From a virus, in the IMG/VR virus record IMGVR_UViG_3300049489_000993, positions 1-64,000 of that record: a DNA stretch of 64,000 nt; one strand, given 5' to 3'. Of the stretch, positions 35,440 to 45,227 are shown in pieces. Position 1 is the first letter of the stretch; each line of letters opens with the position of its first letter. Made by a program: the position numbers and the translations under genes. Under the pieces are notes generated by a model. The model worked only from the letters and a program-made list of their open reading frames with translations. It did not search any database and had not been told where the DNA came from.

Positions 35440-37530
35440 TCAGCGCCCGCCGCTCAAGTCGACCTGGCCTGAGTCGATCATCTTGACAAAGCGCCCAAAG
35501 TCGCCGGTGAACTTTACGATGGCATCGGTGACCGGCTTGAAGTCCTTGGAAATAGTCGAAATGTCGCTGGCGAGCGTTGACGCGGCCTTCTGCATCTTCG
35601 TCACTTCTTCGGCTGCTTTGGCGCCGGCTCCCGTCAACGTATTCGCGACCGCGTTCTGTGCGCGGATGATGCCGCCCATGTCCTTCGCCGCGGCGGCGAA
35701 CTCGCGGCCCATGTCCGCCGCGCTGCCGGCGCCGCGCTCGGTGCCAGGAACGAACTCGATGCCTCCCGCCGCGTTCGTCTTGAACAGCGGCTTCCCCTTC
35801 GCGCCCTTCTTGCCCGACTCACCGACAAGGTCGGCGAACGCGCCCTTCCCTTTCGCAAGCGCTTCCACGATTCCTGGCGCCTCCGTCCCGAGCCCAATGT
35901 CCACGCCCGCGGCTTTGAGTCCGCGTTGCAGCGAGAACTCGGCTTGCTCGCCCGTCGCCCCGCCCGTCATATTTTGCAGGAAGTCGAACATAGTGTTGAC
36001 GTCCATACCGCCCGTCTTGAACGACTCCACCTTTTTGAGCGACGAAATGTAGTTGCCCTTCTCCGGCGAGTAACCCGCGGCCCGCAACAAGGCGATGTCC
36101 ATACCGGATTGCGCACCGCTTTGCGCCACACGCGTGCCCATCGCCCCGATTTGCCCCGCCACAGTCATACCGCGCGGCCCCTCGAGCCCCATGCCCTTCG
36201 TGAGCCCGACAGCGACGCCTTGCAAGCTCTCCGTCTGAATCTTGATCCCTTGCTGGGCGGCTTGCTCCTGCAACGAGGCAATGTGCGCGAGCTGCTCACC
36301 GATCTCGGAGCCCTCGAGCCCTTGCGCCATGGCGTCGGCGATTGTGGACGGCAGAAGCTCCTTGCCCAGCCCAGAGGTACCGCCGCGTCCGGGGCGCTGG
36401 GCGCGCATGAGTTGGGCTGCCGTACCTGCATCGACGCCGTAGAGCGTCTGCGCCGCCATCGCCTGTTGGAACTGCCCCTTGACGGCTTGCCCCCCAACGC
36501 CGCGCGTGAACTCCACGCCTGCGCGTAACTCCTCTTGCCGCGTCATAAGGCCCGCGCTGACCCCCTCAAACCCCGACGCGCGCCCGGTCGTCCGGCGGGC
36601 GCCGGCTCGCCCTTGCTCCTCGGCGGCGCGCTCGCCTTTCACCTGTTCACGCGTGGCTTCCCGACGCATGCGCGGTTCCGCGCGTTGCCAGGCTTCCAAC
36701 TGCTGTGCGGAGTTCATCCCCGCGTACACCTCGGGACGGATGCCTGGCGGGGTGATCTTGTATTCGACCATTTCCTCGGGGGTCGCTTCTTTGGTGCGCG
36801 TCTGCCCCGCGGCGCGCAACTTCGTCGCCGCCGCCCCCTGGCCCGCACGATAGGCGTCGACCGCGGCGTTGCCGGCCTTGTCCAATGTAGCTGCGGGCGT
36901 TTGTGCTTCACGCCTGCGACGGCCCGCGGCTCCGCCTGTGACCGAGTACGCCTCGAGCTGCGCGCGCTGGAGGTCGGCGGCGCGGTCGACGTTGGCTTCG
37001 GCGAGCGCAGCCGGGCCGCCGATGAATGGGATGTTCCCGAACGCCGTCGTGAGCGGCCCTTGCCCGCCCGCCATCGCCGAGGACGCCCCGCCCGCACGTC
37101 GGACCATTCCGCCCGCCACTTGGCCGGCGAACTGCGCCTTCATGCCGGGACCACGCTGTAGGAACGCTCCAGCGGTCGGTGAGAGGCTTTGGAGGAAGCC
37201 TTGGGTGAAACCCCCCGCGCCGGGCGCCTGGCGTCCTGCGGCCTGTAGGGCGCTTTGGGCGCGGGCGATCTCGCGATACCGCCCCGACACCCGTTCCAGC
37301 TCATCGCCGAGCTTCTTGAACGCGTCCGTTCCCTTGTCGACTCCGAGCATCGCGACTGTGAGGCGGGCTTGCTCGCTGGCGAGCGCCTTCAAAGACCCGC
37401 GCGTGTCTTTCAACGCGGCGTTCAGCTCCCGCACCGCGACCGGCTTGAACGTCTTTTCCAGCTCGCGCCGAGCATCTTTGAGCCCGCGTGCGTCAAGGCG
37501 AAAACCGACCTTGGTCTCGATTCCCGCCAT
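35440..37530 (-). CDS. tape measure protein
   Basis: Helical Ala/Gly/Gln-rich 696 aa protein after the tube and chaperone genes. Confidence 0.8.
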   Translation of the reverse strand: MAGIETKVGFRLDARGLKDARRELEKTFKPVAVRELNAALKDTRGSLKALASEQARLTVAMLGVDKGTDAFKKLGDELERVSGRYREIARAQSALQAAGRQAPGAGGFTQGFLQSLSPTAGAFLQRGPGMKAQFAGQVAGGMVRRAGGASSAMAGGQGPLTTAFGNIPFIGGPAALAEANVDRAADLQRAQLEAYSVTGGAAGRRRREAQTPAATLDKAGNAAVDAYRAGQGAAATKLRAAGQTRTKEATPEEMVEYKITPPGIRPEVYAGMNSAQQLEAWQRAEPRMRREATREQVKGERAAEEQGRAGARRTTGRASGFEGVSAGLMTRQEELRAGVEFTRGVGGQAVKGQFQQAMAAQTLYGVDAGTAAQLMRAQRPGRGGTSGLGKELLPSTIADAMAQGLEGSEIGEQLAHIASLQEQAAQQGIKIQTESLQGVAVGLTKGMGLEGPRGMTVAGQIGAMGTRVAQSGAQSGMDIALLRAAGYSPEKGNYISSLKKVESFKTGGMDVNTMFDFLQNMTGGATGEQAEFSLQRGLKAAGVDIGLGTEAPGIVEALAKGKGAFADLVGESGKKGAKGKPLFKTNAAGGIEFVPGTERGAGSAADMGREFAAAAKDMGGIIRAQNAVANTLTGAGAKAAEEVTKMQKAASTLASDISTISKDFKPVTDAIVKFTGDFGRFVKMIDSGQVDLSGGR

Positions 37531-37533
37531 GAC

Positions 37534-37959
37534 CTAGCCCGCCTTCTTCTGGGCAGCCGGCTTGCCGTGCTCGCCCCACCAGCTCGCCGGGATATTACCG
37601 CTCTGCACGATTTGAACCCAACGATCCCACACCGGGTCATCGCTCGTCGTCACCACCCCTTGGAACGACTCTTCGATCCGCGACAAGTAGTCGCCCGCAG
37701 GGGCTTCGGTGGGATCGAGCGCCTTCTTGAGTTGCTCGATCGAGGTCCAATCGTCGCGCTCTTTGGTGGGCTGCGCCTCGAGCTGGCGCAGGCGGTCAGC
37801 GAGGTGCCGGTACCAGCGCAGCAAGACCAGCGCGAAAGGCTGATCGAGCATCGCGCGCTTGTCCTCGGGTTCGCCGTAGGTGCGCGTCCACCAACTTCTC
37901 AAGAACTCGAGCGTATCGTCGCTACGCGCCAACTTTTTGAGACGGCCGATCGCCCCGAA
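37534..37959 (-). CDS. tail assembly chaperone, frameshift extension (GT-like)
   Basis: Overlaps the 3' end of the chaperone gene in the +1 frame; no good start of its own; lies just before the TMP. Confidence 0.6.
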   Translation of the reverse strand, partial: FGAIGRLKKLARSDDTLEFLRSWWTRTYGEPEDKRAMLDQPFALVLLRWYRHLADRLRQLEAQPTKERDDWTSIEQLKKALDPTEAPAGDYLSRIEESFQGVVTTSDDPVWDRWVQIVQSGNIPASWWGEHGKPAAQKKAG

Positions 37960-38389
37960 AGTACGCTTCGTGTTTGGCAACCTCCGTGTAGACCGTGTAG
38001 AGAAACGCGACGTCTTTCATCTCGGAAGCCTTGAACCATGCGGGCTTCTCGACGAGGGAGACGGTCAAATGCGCGATGACGGACAGCAAGTAGCGCGTAT
38101 CTTCGTCGATGGCTTCCCATGGGGTGAGCCGCGCCAAGCGGGATTGCAGGAGGCCCACTTCCACGCGCTCGGCGATGGAAAGGATCTTGTTCTTGAACTG
38201 TGCGCGCGAGGATTTGTAGTCGAGGGCGAACGCCCATTGTTCTTGGGCGAGCGGGTTGTTGGCTTCGTCTTTCGGGGGGGCGGTGTCCGGTTCGACGGCG
38301 CGCAGAGCTTTCAGCTCGGCGTCGGGGTCTTGCACGCGCGCGATGGGGGTGCTTGGTGGCTCGGTTGGAACGACGGCGGTAGGGGGCAT
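37922..38389 (-). CDS. tail assembly chaperone (G-like)
   Basis: Between tube and TMP; L...P.WF....D...L..VY......E.YFR. Confidence 0.75.
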   Translation of the reverse strand: MPPTAVVPTEPPSTPIARVQDPDAELKALRAVEPDTAPPKDEANNPLAQEQWAFALDYKSSRAQFKNKILSIAERVEVGLLQSRLARLTPWEAIDEDTRYLLSVIAHLTVSLVEKPAWFKASEMKDVAFLYTVYTEVAKHEAYFRGDRPSQKVGA

Positions 38390-38433
38390 GGATCTCTCCT
38401 ACCGCCGAAGTACCACGCTTACGAGAGGGCTGC

Positions 38434-38877
38434 CTAGACGGCTTCGCTGGCCTCGACCATACGGCGAGCGACCATTGTGATGTCGCGTGCGACAGAGGTG
38501 CGTGGGTCGATGGCGAACTGCTTGCCCTGAATCTTGACGCCGTAGACGCGGGCGATGATGACGCCTTCCACTGAGTCTTCGATCTGCATCGTCAGCTCGG
38601 CTTGTGCGAGCGCGTTGAACAGGAACTCGGCGGCCGTTGCACCTTTGCGAGGGAAGAACCCTTTGGCTTCCATGGTGTCGCGGATCGCGAGCACTTCGGA
38701 CGCCTGGCATGAGCAGGTGTATTCCACGGGCTCGTTTTGCAAGACCTCGATGTTGTCGATCACCTTGATCGGCTCGTGGGTTAGCTCCTCTTGCACAGAG
38801 ACGCTTTTGCAGAGCCCGACGATGACGCCGTCGAAGGTCAAGCGGGCGCGCGGGCCGGTGAGAACGGAGACTGCCAT
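38434..38877 (-). CDS. tail tube protein
   Basis: 147 aa directly after the sheath; TG.RA.L..DG..VG...SV......P..VI. Confidence 0.85.
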   Translation of the reverse strand: MAVSVLTGPRARLTFDGVIVGLCKSVSVQEELTHEPIKVIDNIEVLQNEPVEYTCSCQASEVLAIRDTMEAKGFFPRKGATAAEFLFNALAQAELTMQIEDSVEGVIIARVYGVKIQGKQFAIDPRTSVARDITMVARRMVEASEAV

Positions 38878-38901
38878 GGCGAACTCCTACGGGTGCTGCT
38901 C

Positions 38902-41457
38902 TCAGGCGGCGAGCGAGAAGGGTTTGAGGTTGACCACGATGGGGATGAAGTTGATGGGCGCGATGGGGCTGATCTCCAGCTCCATCCGCAAGACGTCCAG
39001 GGCAAGCTCGAAGGTGGGCTTCTTGTAGGCGGCGAGAATCTCATCGCGGACGAGGGATTCGAGCACGCCGTCGGCAGCGGCAGCGGCGGCCTGTACGGTG
39101 CGCGCAAAGCCCTTCTTGCCGATGATGGTTTCCATCCGCGAGCGCAGGACAAACACGCTGTAGTTGGTCGCCTGATTCACACTGGCTTCGCTGTACGCGA
39201 GGTTGTTGTCCTTCAAGTATGTCGTGAGGTTTCGCACGACCTTGAAACCCTTGCCCTCGTCAAACTGCATGACGAACAGGCCGGCCGCCAACAGCTCCTC
39301 GACATTGTCGATGGGGTTCCAGCTCGAATGCTGGCGCAGGCCGAGGATGTTCGCGTACTTGTTGGTGAGCGGGTTGCCCACCGACGTGCCTGCCTGCATG
39401 CCGGCCGCGAGCGCGGCTTGGAACTTGGGCGGCTGGAACACACGTTCGCCGTCGGTGTTGAACAGCGACACCTCTTGCGTGGCAAGACGCGCATGCCGAC
39501 TGTTGAGCGCCAGCGCCCGCGCCTTGAGCTGGGCCACAGTTTCGTTGGCAGCGGCTCCCATGACGATGTCGCGTTCCATCTTGCCGGCGCCGCCCATGAA
39601 CTCACAGTGCGCCACGCCCATCGCGTGAACGGCTGCGGAATCGGTGCCAAGCACGAGGGTGTTGACGAACACCTGCTTGAGCTTGTCGATCGCGTTCTGC
39701 CAATCCGACGCCGTCGCCGTCACGACGCCGGGCTGCCCAGCGTCGCCTTCATGGCCTCCCGCGAGGAACACCTGGGACGACGTGTTGGACGGCGCCCCCG
39801 TTCCCGGCGAGACGCGCTCGGCGGTGACGAGCTGCGACTTGGCGTTCAGCTCCGCAACGATGTCCGCGAGCCGTGCGTAGAACGACGCCGTCGTCGGCGA
39901 CAGGATGTTCTGAGCGGCGACGTAGTCGAGGTCGGCGAGGAGATACTCCGTCGGGTTGCCCACGATCACCGTGAACGTGAAATCCACATTCGCGGCGACG
40001 AGGTCTTTGAGCTTTTGGATGGTGGGGTGGCTCACCGATGCGGCGTTGAACACCTTGCTTGTGAGCGTCGCGGTGCGCGCGGATTCGATGTTGCCCACCT
40101 CAACCGAGGTGAACTTGGCGAAGGCGCCCGCGAACACAACCGGCGTAGCGCCCGACAGCGTAAGCACCTCGGCGATGGCCGAGCCCACGGCGTTCAGGCC
40201 GCGGTAGACCACTTTGCGCGTGGTCGCGCCATCCGCCTGCACCGTGTGAAAGCCCGTCGCCGCAATGTCGAGCGCGACGCGGCCCTTGTTCGTCTGCCCC
40301 GCGGTCAGCGTCGCGACGGTGGCACCACCGCCCGCAATGCGCAGGGTCATGGTGCCGAGCGCCGTCGCCGACATGACGACAGCCGTCTCGAGGTTCCACG
40401 TGCCCGCGACCGCGACCGCCGTGGTGCCGTTCAACGTCGCCGACTGCGACTGCGGCACGTTGGACGCGTCCAGACCGTAGACGGTCACAACCTGCGTTGT
40501 GTCCGCGGCGTTGCTCGACACGATCTCGAGTGCGGAAGCGCCTGGCGCTTGTGTGAACGAGGCATCCTGGCCCGCGTCCGCGCGCGTGAAGGGCACCTGA
40601 AACGCGAACTGCGAGGACGCAATGGTGGCTCCCGCGGCAGCGATGCGGATGGTGACTTGGCCTTGGAATGCAGCGGAGCCCTTCGCGTCGTTCACGGCGT
40701 TCCACGTACCAGGCACGGCGACGGCGGTGAGACCGTTCAGCGTGACCGTCGTGGCGGTCGGGACGTTGCTGGCATTCAAGCCGTAGACCGTGACGGTCTG
40801 CGTGGTGTCGAGCGCCGAGGACGAGACCACCTCGATCGAGGACGCGGCGGGGGGCTGTGTGAACGACGGGACGAACGCGCTTTGGTTGGGGTGCCCTTGG
40901 ATCGCGGTCGCGCCGTCAGAGCCGCCCGAGTAGAGCAACGAAAACTTGGCGTCGTTGCCGAGGAGGTCGAACGCCTCGGTGTCGTCCTCGAACTTGATTG
41001 TGACGAGCTTGCCCCCGCCCGACGTCGCGTTTGCGATCTGCACGCTGATCTGCGTGGTGAACGCACCGTAGTCCGCGCTCTTGATGCGCAAGGCGGTGCC
41101 GCCGCTGTTGGCGAAGTCCGCTTGCGATTGCGCCGCGGGGTTCACCTTGACGAGCACGACCTGTTGCGCGCCGGCTTGGATCTCGGGGTCTTTGGCGGGG
41201 TTGAACAGGATGGCGCCCATCTCGCGGAGGTCACCGAAGCGAAACGCGCGGCGAATCTGCCCGCTGTTGGTGGCTCGCTGGAGGTCGTCATTGGGCGACG
41301 CAATGGCGGTGTACGGCTTCCCGCCGACGCCGGTAGCGACGAGGGCGACGATGCCGCTGGCAGCAAGGGCAGCGCTCTCAAACGCCGACGCGTCGACCTT
41401 GGAGTACGCGCCGGGCTTGGCGGTGAGGCGACCATTGAAAAACAACTGCGTCGACAT
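38902..41457 (-). CDS. tail sheath protein with inserted tandem domains
   Basis: FNGR...PGAYSKVD; S.DYG.....I.V; W..A...L; AA..AG..AG...P.T.K; C-terminal P..PINFI. Confidence 0.93.
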   Translation of the reverse strand: MSTQLFFNGRLTAKPGAYSKVDASAFESAALAASGIVALVATGVGGKPYTAIASPNDDLQRATNSGQIRRAFRFGDLREMGAILFNPAKDPEIQAGAQQVVLVKVNPAAQSQADFANSGGTALRIKSADYGAFTTQISVQIANATSGGGKLVTIKFEDDTEAFDLLGNDAKFSLLYSGGSDGATAIQGHPNQSAFVPSFTQPPAASSIEVVSSSALDTTQTVTVYGLNASNVPTATTVTLNGLTAVAVPGTWNAVNDAKGSAAFQGQVTIRIAAAGATIASSQFAFQVPFTRADAGQDASFTQAPGASALEIVSSNAADTTQVVTVYGLDASNVPQSQSATLNGTTAVAVAGTWNLETAVVMSATALGTMTLRIAGGGATVATLTAGQTNKGRVALDIAATGFHTVQADGATTRKVVYRGLNAVGSAIAEVLTLSGATPVVFAGAFAKFTSVEVGNIESARTATLTSKVFNAASVSHPTIQKLKDLVAANVDFTFTVIVGNPTEYLLADLDYVAAQNILSPTTASFYARLADIVAELNAKSQLVTAERVSPGTGAPSNTSSQVFLAGGHEGDAGQPGVVTATASDWQNAIDKLKQVFVNTLVLGTDSAAVHAMGVAHCEFMGGAGKMERDIVMGAAANETVAQLKARALALNSRHARLATQEVSLFNTDGERVFQPPKFQAALAAGMQAGTSVGNPLTNKYANILGLRQHSSWNPIDNVEELLAAGLFVMQFDEGKGFKVVRNLTTYLKDNNLAYSEASVNQATNYSVFVLRSRMETIIGKKGFARTVQAAAAAADGVLESLVRDEILAAYKKPTFELALDVLRMELEISPIAPINFIPIVVNLKPFSLAA

Positions 41458-41468
41458 AAGTCACTCCC

Positions 41469-41816
41469 TCACAAAACAGGCGTGGCGTTGTAGCGCGCGA
41501 GGTGGGCCGCCCACTCGCTTGCGATGCATTCCGAAGGCGCGTTGGAGCGCGCCCATACGATGAAACCGGCGAGGTCGACGGGGCGCAACCGTTTGGCGAG
41601 CGCCCACGTCTGCAATGCCAGCTTGGAAGGCCCCTCGGGGGCGCGCACTAGGGGGTCTTGCGCAGCGGCACCCACGACCACGATGTTCGCCGGCCCGCTG
41701 GCGGGCGGCGGGGCATCCGCGGGCACCTTGAACTTGACGATGGCGGGGTCGGTGACCTCCTCGGAATCGACATCCGGGGCGCTCGGTGCGGAGGTTGGGG
41801 CTTTCTTGGTCGCCAT
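41469..41816 (-). CDS. hypothetical protein (pre-sheath)
   Basis: Tightly packed ORF. Confidence 0.65.
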   Translation of the reverse strand: MATKKAPTSAPSAPDVDSEEVTDPAIVKFKVPADAPPPASGPANIVVVGAAAQDPLVRAPEGPSKLALQTWALAKRLRPVDLAGFIVWARSNAPSECIASEWAAHLARYNATPVL

Positions 41817-41817
41817 A

Positions 41818-42504
41818 TCACTCCACCACCGGGGTCACGCGTGGATCAACGCCCACGACCGCGTTCGCCACATAGATGCCGTCGATGTGAGAGTAGCGCC
41901 CCGTAGCCCACGGTCCCAAGTCGAAGTCGGTTGCCGTCAGGAGGTGCGCGTAGCCCACGACCTGCATCATGCGCGCAAACACGTTCTCAGGCAGGTATTG
42001 CTGATTGGGGGCGAGGTCCATGCCGGAGAAGGTGGGCGTCTCGACACCCTCGCGCGCGAGCTTCGCCGAGGCGCCGAGCAAGATGGCGCGCAACACGTTG
42101 TGATACGCGAGCACGACGTCGGGGTTCGCCGCGTACGTGAAAATCTGGTAAGTGAACTGAAACCGCATAACCTGGGCGGAAACCGCGCGCCCAAGCTCGG
42201 CTTCGACGTCGCGGATGAAGCCTTCCACCGCCTCGATCGAGGTCGCATCTTTGCTGTTGCCGACGTAGTCGGCGTCCTCATGCTCGCCGGCCAGCACGAT
42301 CGCGAAGCAGGGGAGCTGGGCGTTGGCGCGCGCGTAGCTGTGGACGATGCGCGGCTGCCCTTCGCCCTTCCAGTAGGTCACGAGGTCGGCCAACTCGTCG
42401 TCGACGTAGCCCGGCGACGCGAGCACCCGACGCAGGTAGGCGTCCGACCCGTTGAGGGTGTCCAGCCCTTCCTGAATCACTCGGTGCAACACGCGCTCGA
42501 ACAC
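41818..42504 (-). CDS. tail terminator/completion protein
   Basis: Y.R....LPC.AIVL..E.E; Y.I......NPD; position before the sheath. Confidence 0.7.
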   Translation of the reverse strand: MFERVLHRVIQEGLDTLNGSDAYLRRVLASPGYVDDELADLVTYWKGEGQPRIVHSYARANAQLPCFAIVLAGEHEDADYVGNSKDATSIEAVEGFIRDVEAELGRAVSAQVMRFQFTYQIFTYAANPDVVLAYHNVLRAILLGASAKLAREGVETPTFSGMDLAPNQQYLPENVFARMMQVVGYAHLLTATDFDLGPWATGRYSHIDGIYVANAVVGVDPRVTPVVE

Positions 42505-42505
42505 G

Positions 42506-43387
42506 TCACGCCCCTCCGGGTGGCTTCACGACACGATCCAAGATCGCCTGCACCATACCCGGTCCCTCATGCTCAATGAAGCGCACCACCTCCGGCGCCA
42601 AATGGGCGCCCGCGTAGCCGGGGTGAATCCAGCCGTTCGGCTGCCCGGTCGAGATAGTGCGGAAGGTGCCGTAGAACGCTTGGGTCGCGCGCTTGTACGT
42701 CTGCTGCATCTTGACAGCGCCCTCGAACAGCGGGGAATGGTGCTCGGCGCCGCCATGACGGATGAGCGCCGTCGATCCATCCGGCATCGTCACGAGCTTG
42801 TGACTGCGCCCTTTGACATCCATGCCGGTGCCGGCCGTATTGAGGCGGGCACCCCACTTCGTCTTCTCGCCAGGATTCGACAAAGAGGGGTCGAGCTTGC
42901 GCATCTCCTTCCATGCCTGGCGCCCCAAGGCGTTCGCTCGGTCGGCGCCAAGCTGCTTGGCGTAGGCGTCGGTGACGCGTTGGAAGTTGCGCCCAGATGA
43001 CGTGGGGGCGCCGAGACGGAAAAAGATGGAGCGGTAGAACCCACCGTCTTTGCGCGCATGCTTTCCCTTGCCTGCGCCGCGCTCCACGACGGGCACGTTG
43101 GGACCGAGCAACGTCTTGCGCATGTCGTAAGGCCCATAGCCGCGTTCGATCTGGTTGGGCCAGGCCCCCATGAGGGTGATCGAGGCGGCGAAGTCGCCGA
43201 ACTCGACGGGTTGGATCGCGCGCGTGTAGTCGTTGGCGGTGCGGTGGAGCTTCTCTTTGGCGAGCGAGACCCACTTCGCGCGCGCCGTATCCGCGAGCAT
43301 GCGCAGGATGTCGTGCAGGATGCTTTCGTCGAGCTGGAGCACCAGGCCGGGCGGCATGAGCGAGCCCACGTCGACGTCGTGGATCAC
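42506..43387 (-). CDS. neck/tail completion protein
   Basis: GTGA coupling; L..T..DY; IE.G...YDMRK.LL; Y.TFRTIS......WIHPG. Confidence 0.75.
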   Translation of the reverse strand: MIHDVDVGSLMPPGLVLQLDESILHDILRMLADTARAKWVSLAKEKLHRTANDYTRAIQPVEFGDFAASITLMGAWPNQIERGYGPYDMRKTLLGPNVPVVERGAGKGKHARKDGGFYRSIFFRLGAPTSSGRNFQRVTDAYAKQLGADRANALGRQAWKEMRKLDPSLSNPGEKTKWGARLNTAGTGMDVKGRSHKLVTMPDGSTALIRHGGAEHHSPLFEGAVKMQQTYKRATQAFYGTFRTISTGQPNGWIHPGYAGAHLAPEVVRFIEHEGPGMVQAILDRVVKPPGGA

Positions 43388-44181
43388 AAGGTGGCGTCCT
43401 TCCCGAGGAGGTAGTCCAGGCGCACCATGGCCTGAATCGGATGGACCTCGTTGTCGCCGAGCACCTTGCCGGTTTTGAACTTGATGAGGGTGCCGCGCAC
43501 GATGTGTGGGTAGTCCACGACGACCCACACGGGGTTCATCTCGTACGCGATCGATAGCTTGGTCTTCGGGGGCGCCGTCACCTTGAGAGATCCATCAGGT
43601 TGGATCTCTACCGTTTCGGTGTAGTCCACAGTGACGCCGAGGTCGTCCGCGGAGAATGCTCGCCGCAGGCGCACAACAGGGTAGCGCAGCGCCGACACGG
43701 CCTTGTTGCCCACCGGGATGATTTGCGAGGAAGGCACCTCGAGCACTTGGCGGTAGAGCTGGGTGTGGTCGAGCACTTTGAAACGGTCGCGATGCCCAAC
43801 GCGGTTCCACGAGAACGTGGTGAGCGCGGCGGTACCCGAAAGCCATTCGCCGAACTTCTCGAAAATCTGCGGGTTGTTCACCAACGACGTCATAATCGCT
43901 TGGGTGGCGCGCTCGCTCGCGGTGTTCGCGAAGGCGGGCGTCTCCTTCGCATAGTCGATGAGGTCGGGCTCGGTGGGGTCGGGGAACACGTAGACGAAGC
44001 CGTCGCCGTCACAGAGCACGCAACCGGGGTTGGCTTGGTCGGTCGTCGGGTTGCGACAAGGGCACAGCTCCGAGGCAGACCAAAGCACCCGGTAACCCTT
44101 CTGCAAGATGAGGCGATCGAAGTCCGACTTTTGGAAGTCGACGCGAGGCTTGAGCGGGCCGATGTCTTTGGTGAGCGCCAC
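43384..44181 (-). CDS. neck (head closure) protein
   Basis: FD.LI.QKGY.V.W....CPC......C..C.G.G..Y. Confidence 0.8.
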   Translation of the reverse strand: MALTKDIGPLKPRVDFQKSDFDRLILQKGYRVLWSASELCPCRNPTTDQANPGCVLCDGDGFVYVFPDPTEPDLIDYAKETPAFANTASERATQAIMTSLVNNPQIFEKFGEWLSGTAALTTFSWNRVGHRDRFKVLDHTQLYRQVLEVPSSQIIPVGNKAVSALRYPVVRLRRAFSADDLGVTVDYTETVEIQPDGSLKVTAPPKTKLSIAYEMNPVWVVVDYPHIVRGTLIKFKTGKVLGDNEVHPIQAMVRLDYLLGKDATL

Positions 44182-44185
44182 GACG

Positions 44186-45226
44186 TCACACCGCCGTCAA
44201 GCGGAGCCCCTTGTAGTAGCGGCGCAACGTCGGTGTCAGATCGCGGATTCGTTGGCGGTAAATCAAGAGACGCGCACCGTAACCGGCGTTTGTTGCACTA
44301 GAAGTCGTGCCGACACTCTCCGACAAACCATCTATTGAAAGACTCTTTGTGGCAATGCCGGCACCGGCGATGAGGTCACCTGCGGTATTGAATGGGCCAA
44401 ACGAGGAATGCATCCCCACCAGCTCCACCAATGTTGGTGGGATGCGGCCGAGCGGGAACCCCGCGACGTAGTCGACTTGAATCAAACCGGGAAGGAAGTT
44501 GGCCCCCCCGTAAATGAGAGGCAGATAGCCCCCGCCCGCCGAGATGAACGCGTTGGTGTAGACGCCGTTCGCTGGATAGACCTGAAACTGTCCCGCTTCC
44601 AAATCCGCGTTGATCCACTCGGGCGGGAACTCGATCACCGTCGCCCCGTTGGGGTACCGCAGTGCCACCTTGTCGATCGAGATCGCTGGGTAGTATTTCA
44701 CGCGCCCATAGACGAAGGATTCGTAGTCGCGCCGGTAGAAGTCATGCCGCTCGGCCACGATCTTCGTCGGCAGGAGCTTCATGTCCAGCTCGAACTCCAC
44801 CTGCGAGATGGCGGCGCGAATGTAGTGTGCGTACAGCTCATCGGGGTACGGCAGGCCGTGGTCTTCGGTCAGATCAACGCCGTAGAGGTAGATCGCTTTG
44901 AGCTGCTCGATCGTCAGCACAGCCTCGAAAGAGGTGTCGATCGCCTGTGAGGGCGTTTGTGGCACATCCGCTGGCGGCACCGGCGCCGTTGACGTCAAAA
45001 CCGCGCGAAAGCTGCTTGTGGAATCGGCGAGCCCGTCCACGATGAACCAGTAGTTGTACTTCCCCGCCTCGATGCGCAGATGCGTGCTGGCGTCGGTGAG
45101 CGCCGTCCACGTCGCGCCTTGGTCGTCCGACTGCTCGATGCGGATGCGGTCGTACAGCGCGGTCAGGAGCCCGGCGGGGTCGCTCGCAAAGAAAAAGACC
45201 TTCATGGTCTGCGCGAAGGCTGCCAT
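44186..45226 (-). CDS. head-tail adaptor protein
   Basis: YLYGVDL; E.HDFY..DY; VDYVAG; AGIA..SLSIDGLSES..TT.SA...GYGAR...Y. Confidence 0.85.
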   Translation of the reverse strand: MAAFAQTMKVFFFASDPAGLLTALYDRIRIEQSDDQGATWTALTDASTHLRIEAGKYNYWFIVDGLADSTSSFRAVLTSTAPVPPADVPQTPSQAIDTSFEAVLTIEQLKAIYLYGVDLTEDHGLPYPDELYAHYIRAAISQVEFELDMKLLPTKIVAERHDFYRRDYESFVYGRVKYYPAISIDKVALRYPNGATVIEFPPEWINADLEAGQFQVYPANGVYTNAFISAGGGYLPLIYGGANFLPGLIQVDYVAGFPLGRIPPTLVELVGMHSSFGPFNTAGDLIAGAGIATKSLSIDGLSESVGTTSSATNAGYGARLLIYRQRIRDLTPTLRRYYKGLRLTAV

Positions 45227-45227
45227 G

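Noticed and set aside
38791-41493. 900-aa plus-strand ORF and other long antisense ORFs (e.g. 2891-4567, 29760-31493, 57824-59617)
   Set aside because: They mirror real minus-strand genes, are Arg/Gly/His-rich without motifs, and are expected in high-GC3 DNA.
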